57,505 bases of DNA from Candidatus Tayloriibacteriota bacterium (GCA_037129895.1 JBAXUB010000007.1:1-57505); one strand, 5' to 3'; positions 1-9,781 are shown, numbered from the stretch's first letter. Program-made: numbers and translations. Notes: generated from the sequence alone by a model not told the origin.

Positions 1-79
1 GAGTATTATGTATCTAAATTACCAGCAGAGTGCAGAAATGGGTGGGGTTATTCACCAAGTGGAGGTCTGGCGGTTTTTT

Positions 80-88
80 TGTTATACT
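80..88 (+). promoter_or_regulatory. Candidate extended -10 promoter (TGtTATACT) upstream of murA
   Basis: TG-n-TATACT at 80-88, directly after a T-run. Motif match only. Confidence 0.3.
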
Positions 89-145
89 CATTTTGTCAGT
101 GCTGAATATTGAACGGATAGAGGGCTAGTAACAGGGCTAAAATCA

Positions 146-1459
146 ATGAATAAAGAATCATTCGTCATACAAGGACAAAGTGGAGTGAAGAACCTAAAGG
201 GTTCGATCGTCATAAATGGCGCAAAGAATGCAGCCCTAAAGGCTATGGCTGCATCGATACTCTTTTCTGATAAGGTAGAACTTCGTAACATTCCTCTCAA
301 TGCTGATGTATTCACGATGGTTGAACTATTGAAGAAGATCGGTGCAGACGTGGAGATTGTCAAACCATCTTCAATATTATTGAATCCTAGTACGATCAAT
401 TCTACGGATATAGATCTGAAGCTCGCTTCAACCATGCGTTCGTCTGTCGTCCTAACTGGTCCGCTATTGTCGAGATTCGGTAGTGCGACATTTTCTTCAC
501 CTGGCGGTTGTGTTATCGGTGCTAGACCGATCGATCAGTTCATCAAAGGCTATAAGACTATGGGTGCCACGGTCGAGGAGAATGATTGTATATACAGAAT
601 CAAGTCTATAAACGGCATCGGTGATTCAATCGTGGATTTTGAGAAAAGGACAGTCGGTGGAACAGAAACATTGATGATGGCAGCGGTACTAGGAAATGGT
701 AAGGTCGTACTCAACAATTGTGCCAAAGAACCAGAGATTGTAAATGTTGCCGAATGGCTCAATCAGTGTGGTGCAAATATTGCTGGAGTAGGTACTGATA
801 CGATAACGGTGATCGGCACGAAAGGTGTACTATTGAAACCGACGGTTCCTTATATCGCTATACCAGATCGTATCGAAGCCGGAAGTTATCTATTGCTCGG
901 TGCATTGTGTGCGGAGAGGATCGAGATAAGGAATTGCAGACCTGATCATATGATCTCACTCATCGATCTATTGAAAACATCAGGAGTTCCGATTACGTAC
1001 GATCAGGATAGTATACTGATCGAAAACAATACCGTCCCAAATTCAGATTTCAAAACTTTCAATATAGAGACGAGAGAATACCCTGGGTTTCCGACTGATC
1101 TCCAAGCTCAGATCGTGGTCATGTTGACTCAGGTGACTGGTAGCGGAATGGTCGTGGAAAATATTTTCGAGGGTAGATTCAAATATGTGTTTGATTTGTT
1201 GGAGATGGGTGCGAATATCAACATAGTTGATCCTCACACGATCTCAATCAATGGTCCAGCACCATTACAGAATCTGCCTGAAGGAAAGGTCCTGAATGCT
1301 CACGATATTCGAGCTGGCTTCGCGATCGTCATGGCTGCGCTCGTAGCCAAAGGCACCTTCACCGTGAATAACATCCAATTGATCGATCGCGGCTATGAGA
1401 AGCTCGAAGAGAGGCTCACAGCGCTCGGAGCAGATATAAAGCGCGTGCAATCAAGATAG
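146..1459 (+). CDS. murA: UDP-N-acetylglucosamine 1-carboxyvinyltransferase
   Basis: 437 aa. N-terminal GAKNAALK motif, active-site SPGGCVIGARPID (catalytic Cys loop), and full-length MurA-like organisation. Confidence 0.95.
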   Translation: MNKESFVIQGQSGVKNLKGSIVINGAKNAALKAMAASILFSDKVELRNIPLNADVFTMVELLKKIGADVEIVKPSSILLNPSTINSTDIDLKLASTMRSSVVLTGPLLSRFGSATFSSPGGCVIGARPIDQFIKGYKTMGATVEENDCIYRIKSINGIGDSIVDFEKRTVGGTETLMMAAVLGNGKVVLNNCAKEPEIVNVAEWLNQCGANIAGVGTDTITVIGTKGVLLKPTVPYIAIPDRIEAGSYLLLGALCAERIEIRNCRPDHMISLIDLLKTSGVPITYDQDSILIENNTVPNSDFKTFNIETREYPGFPTDLQAQIVVMLTQVTGSGMVVENIFEGRFKYVFDLLEMGANINIVDPHTISINGPAPLQNLPEGKVLNAHDIRAGFAIVMAALVAKGTFTVNNIQLIDRGYEKLEERLTALGADIKRVQSR

Positions 1460-1463
1460 ATTG

Positions 1464-1472
1464 TGATATAGT
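1464..1472 (+). promoter_or_regulatory. Candidate extended -10 box (TGaTATAGT), 6 nt before the mreB ATG
   Basis: TG-n-TATAGT at 1464-1472, spacer ccagat, ATG at 1479. No SD sequence. Confidence 0.35.
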
Positions 1473-1478
1473 CCAGAT

Positions 1479-2501
1479 ATGAATATATTCAATATATTTT
1501 CACCTAGATTGGGTATCGACCTCGGAACTGCCAATACTCTCGTATTCGTTCCAAACAAAGGTATCGTCTTGAATGAGCCATCAGTAGTTGCGATCTCAGA
1601 AGTTGATAGAAAAGTTTTGGCTGTTGGAAATGATGCAAAGGAAATGATAGGACGAACTCCGGACGGGATCATTGCATATAGACCGATGAAGGACGGGGTG
1701 ATCGCTGACTATAGGGTAACAGAAGCTATGCTTCGGTATTTCATCGATCGTGCTCTCGGAAAGTTTAGTTTCTTCAAACCTGATGTGATGGTATCCGTGC
1801 CGGCAAGTATAACTTCGACTGAGAGGCGTGCAGTTATCGAAGCGGCTATAAGAGCTGGCGCAAAGAATGCTTACGTCGTGAAGGAACCTATATTGGCGGC
1901 TATTGGCGCCGGAATACCTATTCAGGAGGCCAAAGGTCATATGGTTGTCGATATTGGTGGAGGAACAACTGATGTTGCTGTGATCTCACTTGGTGGTATC
2001 GTATCATCGACTTCAGTCAAGGTGGCAGGCAATAAGCTCGATGCGTCTATCGCAGACTATGTAAAGAAGACATTCAATCTGGCTATAGGTGATCACATGG
2101 CCGAGATCATCAAGATAACTATAGGTTCTGCAATACCACTGGATCAAGAGCTTGGTATGATGGTCAAGGGTCGAGATTTTATCTCGGGCCTGCCACGTTC
2201 AACAGAGATCAAGACGAATGAGATAGTCAAAGCCCTGGCCGCACCACTTCGAGATATGATAAAGGCGATGAAGGATGTACTACAGGAGACTCCTCCGGAA
2301 TTGGCAGCTGATATCATCGATCAAGGGATCATCATGACCGGTGGATCTTCTATGTTGCGTAATTTGCCAGAATTGGTTTTTCGTAGAACAGGTGTAAAGG
2401 CAAAACTGGCTGATGAACCATTATTATGTGTCGCCAAGGGAACTGGGACAGTTCTGGATCACCTCGATAGTTACAAGAAGACCATCATTACGAAAAGGTA
2501 A
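1479..2501 (+). CDS. mreB: Rod shape-determining actin-like protein MreB (copy 1)
   Basis: 340 aa. IGIDLGTANTLV phosphate-1 motif, DIGGGTTD phosphate-2 motif, MTGGSSML adenosine motif. Confidence 0.93.
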   Translation: MNIFNIFSPRLGIDLGTANTLVFVPNKGIVLNEPSVVAISEVDRKVLAVGNDAKEMIGRTPDGIIAYRPMKDGVIADYRVTEAMLRYFIDRALGKFSFFKPDVMVSVPASITSTERRAVIEAAIRAGAKNAYVVKEPILAAIGAGIPIQEAKGHMVVDIGGGTTDVAVISLGGIVSSTSVKVAGNKLDASIADYVKKTFNLAIGDHMAEIIKITIGSAIPLDQELGMMVKGRDFISGLPRSTEIKTNEIVKALAAPLRDMIKAMKDVLQETPPELAADIIDQGIIMTGGSSMLRNLPELVFRRTGVKAKLADEPLLCVAKGTGTVLDHLDSYKKTIITKR

Positions 2502-2535
2502 TTGCTAAATCTGTAATTAGCTATACAATTGCGGT

Positions 2536-3246
2536 ATGTCTCTGTCCGAACAAATACAGAATCTATCCCATCATGCGTATACACTCGTAGGTAGTGATGC
2601 GATAGTTGATGAACTCATCAATCTCCTGACTACGAGATTTCAGGTCAAATCGGCAGGCAATCAAGATTTCATTTTCAATAAGTATACAAATTTTTCGATA
2701 GATGATGCTAGAGAGATCAAGTCAGCGCATCTCATGAGACCTGTGACAGAGCTTGGCAAGAAGATATTTGTCTTGCAGATGGATAATATCACGCTAGAAG
2801 CGCAGAATTCTTTTCTAAAATTGCTCGAGGAACCAGCTGAATATGCACACTTCTTTCTGATCGTACCTTCTATTCATCTATTACTTCCTACGGTTAAGTC
2901 GAGATTGCATGTCATCACTCCAGACAAAGGTGTCACTAGAGGCGGAGTAGAGAATAGGGATGTGGTAGATAGTGCCGCAAATCATGATGCTGCAAAGTTT
3001 ATGAAGTTGAATAGAGCTTACAGATTGGAAATGGTGAAAGATCTCATGGACAAGGTTTCGAAAGATAAGCTTCCGAAGCAACATTTATTGGACATATTGA
3101 ACTCTCTTCAAGTCTCGGTGTATCGTGAAAAAGGTATAAAGATCGGTAAGCAGAGTATAGAGACGATAGAACTTGCACGAAAATACATGAATGATAGATC
3201 ACCATCTCTCAAGATGTTGCTCGAGTACGTAGCGGTCAGTATATAG
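2536..3246 (+). CDS. holB: DNA polymerase III delta-prime-like clamp-loader subunit (short, no Walker A)
   Basis: 236 aa. HAYTLVG start and FVLQMDNITLEAQNSFLKLLEEP box typical of HolB/DnaX module. No GxxGxGK P-loop. Confidence 0.6.
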   Translation: MSLSEQIQNLSHHAYTLVGSDAIVDELINLLTTRFQVKSAGNQDFIFNKYTNFSIDDAREIKSAHLMRPVTELGKKIFVLQMDNITLEAQNSFLKLLEEPAEYAHFFLIVPSIHLLLPTVKSRLHVITPDKGVTRGGVENRDVVDSAANHDAAKFMKLNRAYRLEMVKDLMDKVSKDKLPKQHLLDILNSLQVSVYREKGIKIGKQSIETIELARKYMNDRSPSLKMLLEYVAVSI

Positions 3247-3325
3247 ATCTCGGTCATGAGTCAGCTCATATATGGAAAATATGAGTTATGCTATACTGGT
3301 CTCATATAAGCTAATAGTAACTACC

Positions 3326-3877
3326 ATGTATGACTTCAACCCATTAAAAAAGCAATTAGCCGGTGTAGAAGAGTGGCTCAAGAAAGAACTTCAGCAGATT
3401 AGAACTGGGCAAGCTTCGCCTAGTATATTGGATGGGGTAAAAGTCGAAGTATACGGTGCGCCTATGAGCCTCAAGGAAGTAGCTAGTGTTGTTATCGAAG
3501 GTGCAAGGACATTGCGTATAGCGCCTTGGGACAAATCACAGACAAAGGAGATAGAAAAGGCTATAACTTTGGCCAATCTTGGCCTTTCGGTTGTTGTTGA
3601 TGATCAGGGTCTAAGAGTCAATTTTCCAGAGCTTACCGCTGATAGACGCGTCAGCTTCGCAAAGCTTGCCAAGGACAAGGTAGAAGATGCAAAGAAACAG
3701 ATCAGACAACATCGTGATGTAGTCATCAAGGATCTAACGGCCAAGGAAAAGGCTGGTGGATATGGTAAAGATGACATTTTCAGACTGAAGAACGACGCAC
3801 AGAAATTGATCGATGAATTGGTCAAGAAACTCGACGTGATGTATGAAAAGAAAGAGAAAGAAGTAATGGGCCAATAA
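3326..3877 (+). CDS. frr: Ribosome recycling factor
   Basis: Frr-like sequence (LKKELQQIRTGQASPSILDGVKVEVYG, RVNFPELTADRR). The start is placed at the internal ATG at 3326 (MYDFNP) because the upstream ORF extension is not Frr-like. Confidence 0.92.
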   Translation: MYDFNPLKKQLAGVEEWLKKELQQIRTGQASPSILDGVKVEVYGAPMSLKEVASVVIEGARTLRIAPWDKSQTKEIEKAITLANLGLSVVVDDQGLRVNFPELTADRRVSFAKLAKDKVEDAKKQIRQHRDVVIKDLTAKEKAGGYGKDDIFRLKNDAQKLIDELVKKLDVMYEKKEKEVMGQ

Positions 3878-3878
3878 T

Positions 3879-4976
3879 ATGACAGTTATAATATTTCTAA
3901 TAGTACTTGCAGTTCTCATATTCGTACATGAGTTGGGACATTTTCTGTTCGCGAGATGGAATGGCATCAGGGTAGATGCTTTCAAGATTGGTTTTGGACC
4001 TAGGATTTTGAAATGGAAGAGAGGTGACACTGAATACGGATTGAATCTCATTCCATTCGGCGGATTTGTGAAGATTCACGGGGAAAATCCTGATCAAGAT
4101 TCGACTGATGGTCCAGACAAAGATAGAAGCTTTGTACACAAGAATCGATGGAGACAAGCTAGTGTTTTGGTTGCTGGAGTATTATTCAATTTTCTATTTG
4201 CATGGTTGATATATTTTGGAATCATGGTTATAGGGGGTAATGTGCCAGTCAGCGCCTTCGCTGATTATAAGCAGTATATGAGTGATCATAGAGTCATCAT
4301 TTTGGATTCCACTCCTGATTCACCAGCGATCAAGGCTGGTATGGGTATAGGGGATGTTGTCTCTACAGTTGAGAGTAATGGTCAAGCGGTACATATCGCA
4401 TCTGCTTCTGATCTTCAGAACGCAGTTAATGGTAGTGGAGGTAAAGAGATATCTATTATGTATATGAAAGACGGTCTGGCCAAGAATGTTAACATCACAC
4501 CAGTCAAGGGACTCATCGAAAATAAATACGCCATCGGTGTATCTATGGATGAGATAGCGTACATTCATATGCCATTCTTCGCGGCTATCAAATACAGTTG
4601 TATTTCTACAGTAAATATCATTTGGGGCACTATCGTCGGTTTAGTTGGATTCATCGGTGGATTATTCCATGGAGCATCATCATTCTCTGATGTTACAGGT
4701 CCGATCGGGATAGCCGTCATCATAGGTAATGCTTTTAAACTGAATATTTCATACCTATTGATCGTCGTCGCTATTATCTCTGTCAATCTAGGAGTTATAA
4801 ACCTTGTACCATTTCCAGCGTTAGATGGTGGTAGAACTCTGTTCGTGGGTATTGAAGGTGTGATACGTCGCAGGATTTCTGCAAAGTTTTTCAATGTCGT
4901 GAATACAATAGGCTTCGTATTGCTCATGATACTCATGGTTGTCGTCACTTATAGGGATATCGTAGGACTTCTATAA
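3879..4976 (+). CDS. RseP/M50-family site-2 zinc metalloprotease with PDZ domain
   Basis: 365 aa. HELGH in the first TM helix, C-terminal NLVPFPALDGG motif, and a central PDZ-like segment (SPAIKAGMGIGDVV). Confidence 0.88.
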   Translation: MTVIIFLIVLAVLIFVHELGHFLFARWNGIRVDAFKIGFGPRILKWKRGDTEYGLNLIPFGGFVKIHGENPDQDSTDGPDKDRSFVHKNRWRQASVLVAGVLFNFLFAWLIYFGIMVIGGNVPVSAFADYKQYMSDHRVIILDSTPDSPAIKAGMGIGDVVSTVESNGQAVHIASASDLQNAVNGSGGKEISIMYMKDGLAKNVNITPVKGLIENKYAIGVSMDEIAYIHMPFFAAIKYSCISTVNIIWGTIVGLVGFIGGLFHGASSFSDVTGPIGIAVIIGNAFKLNISYLLIVVAIISVNLGVINLVPFPALDGGRTLFVGIEGVIRRRISAKFFNVVNTIGFVLLMILMVVVTYRDIVGLL

Positions 4977-5002
4977 TGCCGCGCTGACTTTAATATTGGT
5001 TA

Positions 5003-5011
5003 TGCTAATAT
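5003..5011 (+). promoter_or_regulatory. Candidate extended -10 box (TGcTAATAT), 7 nt before the proS ATG
   Basis: TG-n-TAATAT at 5003-5011, 7-nt spacer, ATG at 5019. No SD sequence. Confidence 0.35.
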
Positions 5012-5018
5012 ATATTCA

Positions 5019-6254
5019 ATGAAACAATCACATCTATTCACAAAAACCAGACGTGAAGCACCAAAGGACGAGGTATCGAAAAATGCGCAATTACTCATTC
5101 GTGCAGGTTATATTCACAAGGAAATGGCCGGGGCATATGATTTTCTGCCTCTAGGGCTACGTGTGTTGAATAAGATTGTCGGTATTATTCGTGAAGAAAT
5201 GTTGAAGATTGGTGGTGAAGAAGTATATATGACAGCTCTGCAAGATAGGGCGAAGTGGGAGATGACGGATAGGTGGGACGTAAAGAAAGTAGATATTTGG
5301 TTCAAGACAAAACTTCAGAATGATACTGAACTAGGTCTCGGATTCACACACGAAGAACCTATAACAAGTATTCTGAAAGATCATATAAGGTCATACAAAG
5401 ATCTTCCTCGAGCAGTTTTCCAGTTTCAGAACAAATTCAGGAATGAAACCAGAGCAAAGTCGGGAATATTGAGAGGACGTGAATTCCTAATGAAGGATCT
5501 ATACTCATTCAATATCGATGAGAAAACGCATGAAGAATATTACGAGGCCGCAAAGATGGCGTACAAGATCATATACGATAGATTGGGTATAGGTGGTGAT
5601 ACTTATGTCACGTTTGCTCTGGGTGGTACTTTCTCAAAATACTCGCATGAATTTCAGACATTGTGCGAAGCTGGCGAAGATGTCATCTATGTTGATGAGG
5701 CAAAGAAATTGGCGGTGAACAAAGAAGTTTTGAATGATGAAGTTCTCAAGGATTTAGGATTGAAGAGAGAAGATCTGAAGGAGCGCAAGGCGATCGAGGT
5801 TGGGAATATATTTAATCTCGGGACAAAATTTTCTTCAGCATTAGGACTAAATTACAAAGATGAGAAAGGTGAGTCAAAGCCAGTCATCATGGGTTGCTAT
5901 GGTATCGGACCTAGCAGAGTGATGGGAACGATCGCTGAAGTCTGGTCTGATGAAAAAGGTTTGGTATGGCCTGAATCAGTGGCACCGTTCGGTGTTCATC
6001 TCATTGTATTGAATAGTGCAGACTCGAAAGTCAAAGATGCAGCTGACCTACTCTATAGGTCTTTGACATCAAAGGGTGTAGAAGTCCTCTACGATGATCG
6101 AGATTGCAGCGCTGGAGAGAAGTTTGGTGATGCAGATTTGATCGGTATTCCATGGAGGTATGTTATAAGTGAAAAGACTTTGGCATCTGACTCAGTGGAG
6201 GTAAAAGATCGTAAAACTGGAACCGTCACCATGAAGAAAATATCGTCTCTCTGA
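5019..6254 (+). CDS. proS: Prolyl-tRNA synthetase, bacterial-type core lacking the INS editing domain
   Basis: 411 aa. N-terminus resembles bacterial ProRS. Class II motif 2 is FRNETRAKSGILRGREFLMKD and motif 3 is GCYGIGPSR. Only a short linker sits where INS is normally inserted. Confidence 0.9.
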   Translation: MKQSHLFTKTRREAPKDEVSKNAQLLIRAGYIHKEMAGAYDFLPLGLRVLNKIVGIIREEMLKIGGEEVYMTALQDRAKWEMTDRWDVKKVDIWFKTKLQNDTELGLGFTHEEPITSILKDHIRSYKDLPRAVFQFQNKFRNETRAKSGILRGREFLMKDLYSFNIDEKTHEEYYEAAKMAYKIIYDRLGIGGDTYVTFALGGTFSKYSHEFQTLCEAGEDVIYVDEAKKLAVNKEVLNDEVLKDLGLKREDLKERKAIEVGNIFNLGTKFSSALGLNYKDEKGESKPVIMGCYGIGPSRVMGTIAEVWSDEKGLVWPESVAPFGVHLIVLNSADSKVKDAADLLYRSLTSKGVEVLYDDRDCSAGEKFGDADLIGIPWRYVISEKTLASDSVEVKDRKTGTVTMKKISSL

Positions 6255-6295
6255 TTTTCTTGTAAACAAATTCGATAGTGTGTTAAGGTAGACTC

Positions 6296-7360
6296 ATGTT
6301 CAGTGAATACAAAAAGAAGTTATTCGATAGATTTTCTAACGAGATCGGTATAGACCTGGGTACAGCAAATACTCTGGTATACGTTCGTGGAAAAGGTATC
6401 GTCGTCAATGAACCCTCGGTCGTTGCGGTTAACCAGAAGACCGGTCAGGTTGTTGCGGTCGGTATCGCTGCAAAAGAGATGTTAGGCAGGACCCCTGGAC
6501 ATATAGTTGCTATAAGGCCATTGGTTGATGGAGTTATATCAGACTTTGAAGTTACAGAAGAAATGCTCGCATATCTAATGAGGAGAGCGGGAGAGTTTTT
6601 GCCAAAAAAATACTTGGGTCCACGAGTCGTCGTAGGGGTTCCATCAGGTGTTACGAACGTCGAGGTACGCGCTGTGCGAGATGCGACAAAGAATGCTGGC
6701 GCTAGAGAAGTATTCATCATCGAACAACCTATGGCTGGAGCGATCGGTATCAGACTACCAGTACATGAACCAGTTGGGAGTATGGTTATCGACATTGGTG
6801 GAGGAACTACTGATATCGCTGTGATATCACTAGGTGGTATTGTGAGATCGAAGAATCTGAAAATTGCTGGTGATAAGTTGAACAATGATATCATTTCTTA
6901 TATACGTAATGAGTTCAAGATATTGATCGGTGAAACGACTGCGGAACAGGTGAAATTGGCCGTTGGAACGGTATTGCCGGGTGAACCTATCGAGACTACA
7001 ATACGAGGTAGAGATTTGATAACTGGACTGCCTAGAGAGGTCATCATCACCGACTCTGACATACGAGAAGCGATGGCTCAGTCGATAGAGATACTAGTCA
7101 ATTCAGCCAAGGAAGTATTGGAGACGACACCGCCTGAAATCTTGTCTGATGTTATGAAACGTGGTGTTCACTTGGTGGGCGGTGGAGCACTCATAAGGGG
7201 ATTGGATGAGTTGTTGTCACAAACACTCAAATTGCCAGTGGCCATAGCTGAAGAACCTCTGACGGCGATAGCTCGGGGTGCCGGTATCGTATTGGAAGAC
7301 TTGGAGAAATATCGATCAGTTCTAATAGAAAGTGATGATGACATATATTCAAAATCATAA
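6296..7360 (+). CDS. mreB: Rod shape-determining actin-like protein MreB (copy 2, heads the mreCD-like cluster)
   Basis: 354 aa. IGIDLGTANTLVY, DIGGGTTDIAV and LVGGGALIRGL motifs. Paralog of 1479-2501. Confidence 0.93.
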   Translation: MFSEYKKKLFDRFSNEIGIDLGTANTLVYVRGKGIVVNEPSVVAVNQKTGQVVAVGIAAKEMLGRTPGHIVAIRPLVDGVISDFEVTEEMLAYLMRRAGEFLPKKYLGPRVVVGVPSGVTNVEVRAVRDATKNAGAREVFIIEQPMAGAIGIRLPVHEPVGSMVIDIGGGTTDIAVISLGGIVRSKNLKIAGDKLNNDIISYIRNEFKILIGETTAEQVKLAVGTVLPGEPIETTIRGRDLITGLPREVIITDSDIREAMAQSIEILVNSAKEVLETTPPEILSDVMKRGVHLVGGGALIRGLDELLSQTLKLPVAIAEEPLTAIARGAGIVLEDLEKYRSVLIESDDDIYSKS

Positions 7361-8117
7361 TGACAATCGTGGGAGAAGTTATAGAAAATCAGGCTATATC
7401 GTATTCATTTTGATAGTTATAATTATCGCCTTCAGAATATTTATGCCGAATGTTACTTCTGGATTCTTTACTGCGATCGCTAGACCTTTTTGGAGAATTG
7501 AGTTTTCTATCAACAACGGTCAACTTCGCTCGAATGAACAGTTATTGAATGACAATCAGGAATTATTGAGAAAACTAGAAATCAGAGATGTAGAACTCAA
7601 GTCTACAGCACTCCTAGTTGATGAAAATGAAGAGCTCAAGTCTCTCTTGGGGCGCGCATCTAGTACGAAGAATATATTAGCCGCAGTATTACAGAGACCT
7701 CCTATAGCTGTATATGATGAATTAGTCATAGATATTGGTGCTGATATGGGTCTGTCAGATGGCGATATCGTCTATGCAGCGCATAACGTACCAATAGGCA
7801 AGATTGTTGATATTTCTGCACACACATCGAAAGTACTTCTATTTTCATCACCAGGTCAGTCCTATAATGTATTTATTGGAAAATCCAATATTGCAGCGAC
7901 GGCGATAGGGAGAGGTGGTGGTCAATATAGTGTTGAGCTGCCTAGATCTGCTGACGTTTCTCAAGGTGATCATGTATCGATACCTAGTATGAGAGGCAAT
8001 CTATATGGAATAGTTGGATCAATAATAGCCGACCCGTCAGCAACATTTGAGACAGTATTGTTTTCAGCGCCGATCAATATTTATCAACTAAAATGGGTCT
8101 ATGTGGAGAAGAAGTAG
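7332..8117 (+). CDS. mreC: Rod shape-determining protein MreC
   Basis: 261 aa. N-terminal TM helix, a coiled-coil stretch (LLNDNQELLRKLE..ENEELKSLL), then a beta-rich domain. It overlaps the end of mreB, which is the canonical mreB-mreC order. Confidence 0.8.
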   Translation: MMMTYIQNHNDNRGRSYRKSGYIVFILIVIIIAFRIFMPNVTSGFFTAIARPFWRIEFSINNGQLRSNEQLLNDNQELLRKLEIRDVELKSTALLVDENEELKSLLGRASSTKNILAAVLQRPPIAVYDELVIDIGADMGLSDGDIVYAAHNVPIGKIVDISAHTSKVLLFSSPGQSYNVFIGKSNIAATAIGRGGGQYSVELPRSADVSQGDHVSIPSMRGNLYGIVGSIIADPSATFETVLFSAPINIYQLKWVYVEKK

Positions 8118-8192
8118 GTCGCAACTCGGGCTTGAGTATGTGTGACGAGACTAGTTATAGCTGTAGAAATAGATGTATAATACTATCAATAT

Positions 8193-8465
8193 ATGATATT
8201 CAAATTTTTGAGAAGGATAATATTCGATGTGGCTATACTAGCCTGTCTAGTACAGGGTTGGTGGTATGCTGCACTCATAGTAGCGGTTATCGCTGCATGG
8301 AATCACAAGATGTATGTCGAGCTCATAATCGCTGGACTGATCTATGATTCATTGTATGGGCCTGTTTCGATGAATAATATGACTACACATATCGGTTTGA
8401 CAATATGCGTTGTATTGTTCATATTGATCGGTATCATGAAGAAAGTGATCAGAATGAGAGAGTAG
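8193..8465 (+). CDS. Small three-TM membrane protein in the MreD position
   Basis: 90 aa and hydrophobic, immediately after mreC. It is much shorter than typical MreD, so the assignment rests on position only. Confidence 0.4.
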   Translation: MIFKFLRRIIFDVAILACLVQGWWYAALIVAVIAAWNHKMYVELIIAGLIYDSLYGPVSMNNMTTHIGLTICVVLFILIGIMKKVIRMRE

Positions 8466-8487
8466 TGTATAATTCGAAATATATATT

Positions 8488-9036
8488 ATGAAAAATGAAA
8501 AACAAACAATGAATGACGATCTCGACGATTCTGTAGTCGCAGAGGAGAATGCCGCAGAGATTATAAAGAAGTTACGAGAAAAGCTCAAGGTTACTGAAGC
8601 CACTAAGCTCGAGTATTTGACGGGCTGGCAGAAAGACAAGGCTGAGTTCATAAACGCACGCAAGCGAGATGAAGCGGACCGCAAGGACTTCATGAAGTTC
8701 GCCAATGAGCAGTTGATCTTCGATCTTATACCAGTTCTCGAACATTGGGACCTCGCCATGAGTCACAAGGAATCCTGGGAAAAAGCTGACAAGAATTGGA
8801 GGGTTGGTGTCGAGTCGATCTTCGCTCAACTAAAGAAGACACTGACTGATAATGGTTTGACTGAGATTAATCCTGTAGGTGAGAAGTTCGATCATGCAAA
8901 ACATGAGGCGATGGCGTATGAACTGGTTAGTGACAAGAAACAGGATCATACGGTGCTTTCTGTCATCCAAAAAGGCTATTTCTACAACGGTAAAGTATTG
9001 AAGCCGGCGAAGGTCAAAGTCGGAGAGTTTAAGTAA
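8488..9036 (+). CDS. grpE: Nucleotide exchange factor GrpE
   Basis: 182 aa. Acidic N-terminus, long helix (KLEYLTGWQKDKAEFINARKR), and a C-terminal beta domain (GYFYNGKVLKPAKVKV). Confidence 0.92.
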   Translation: MKNEKQTMNDDLDDSVVAEENAAEIIKKLREKLKVTEATKLEYLTGWQKDKAEFINARKRDEADRKDFMKFANEQLIFDLIPVLEHWDLAMSHKESWEKADKNWRVGVESIFAQLKKTLTDNGLTEINPVGEKFDHAKHEAMAYELVSDKKQDHTVLSVIQKGYFYNGKVLKPAKVKVGEFK

Positions 9037-9412
9037 AGTATTAGGTCTGGAGAATAGGATATAAACACAAAAACTCCCTAAGGAGTGTTGTGTTGAAACC
9101 GGATTTTATGTCCACCAGTCGAAATATTCCGACAAACCAATTCTACTACCACTCGCGGTCTGTAGTCAATAGTGTGTACAGTTAACCTTATGAGGTGACA
9201 GTTGTGAATACGACATTGTCATAATTGTGGACATAAGGCGACTTGCGCCCCCAGCTTGTCCGGTTTCAGCGGTCAGCTGCACTATGCTATGCCCACCGAA
9301 TGAATTCATCATTCGCAGATCAATAGTATCAAGGTGCTGATAAAATCCTGATAAAATTCTATAAGTTATTGTGACCCTTGCACAACTGCAACATTTTCTA
9401 TAATATAATCGT

Positions 9413-9781
9413 ATGACTGACATGTCAGTAAAGAATAACCTATCTCTAGCACCTATCTCCAATGCGACGGTACCGCAGTTTATGAGTCGTGTTTTCAGTG
9501 ACAGGAACGGCCGTCTATACCGCTTTACATTTCTAGTTTCTTTTGTAAATGGGGAAATGAAAGGGCAACTAGTGAGTGCTGAACCGGTTTCAACATCACA
9601 TTCAGCATCGAGTGAGGCTAGCCCTTATTCAAATGGTCAGATATTCATGCTGCCGGTATGTTTCCCTGTAAAGAAGCCAGAGACAGCTTATGTATTTTCA
9701 TTTGCGCCAGTCGTTTCACCATATTTCTCCGTTGATTTTCTTATAAATTGCCAACCTACGAGGGCGCCTGCTAGTAAATAA
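9413..9781 (+). CDS. Hypothetical protein (orphan ORF in the grpE-dnaK gap)
   Basis: 122-aa ORF with no recognisable motif. A TTGCAC box and tandem TATAAT boxes lie just upstream (9378-9409). Coding status is uncertain. Confidence 0.35.
   Translation: MTDMSVKNNLSLAPISNATVPQFMSRVFSDRNGRLYRFTFLVSFVNGEMKGQLVSAEPVSTSHSASSEASPYSNGQIFMLPVCFPVKKPETAYVFSFAPVVSPYFSVDFLINCQPTRAPASK

Noticed and set aside
88-435. 115-aa minus-strand ORF, along with many similar antisense ORFs in the track (for example 6445-6894, 10485-10997, 22314-22703, 25338-25793, 35426-35851, 47336-47824, 49313-49813, 50598-51020)
   Set aside because: All lie fully inside well-supported genes on the opposite strand and have low-complexity, motif-free translations. 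They are shadow ORFs.
8093-8347. 84-aa plus-strand ORF overlapping the mreC end and the 90-aa membrane ORF
   Set aside because: It is Cys/Arg-rich and non-protein-like, it overlaps two better candidates, and it is in a different frame from the hydrophobic ORF that fits the MreD position.
9037-9412. Possible RNase P RNA, tmRNA, SRP RNA or 6S RNA in the large non-coding gaps (also 46008-46952)
   Set aside because: I could not find the hallmark strings on either strand (GGAAAGTCC / ACAGAA..GGCTTA for RNase P, a tRNA-like GGGG...TCCACCA end for tmRNA, or the SRP domain IV motif). This is a visual scan only.
9086-9600. 17-nt inverted repeat (15/17 match, core tgttgaaaccgg / ccggtttcaaca) about 490 nt apart in the grpE-dnaK gap, considered as a long-range RNA pairing or element boundary
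   Set aside because: A 12-nt exact inverted match within 500 nt is expected about once by chance in a window of this size, and there is no supporting covariation or flanking structure.
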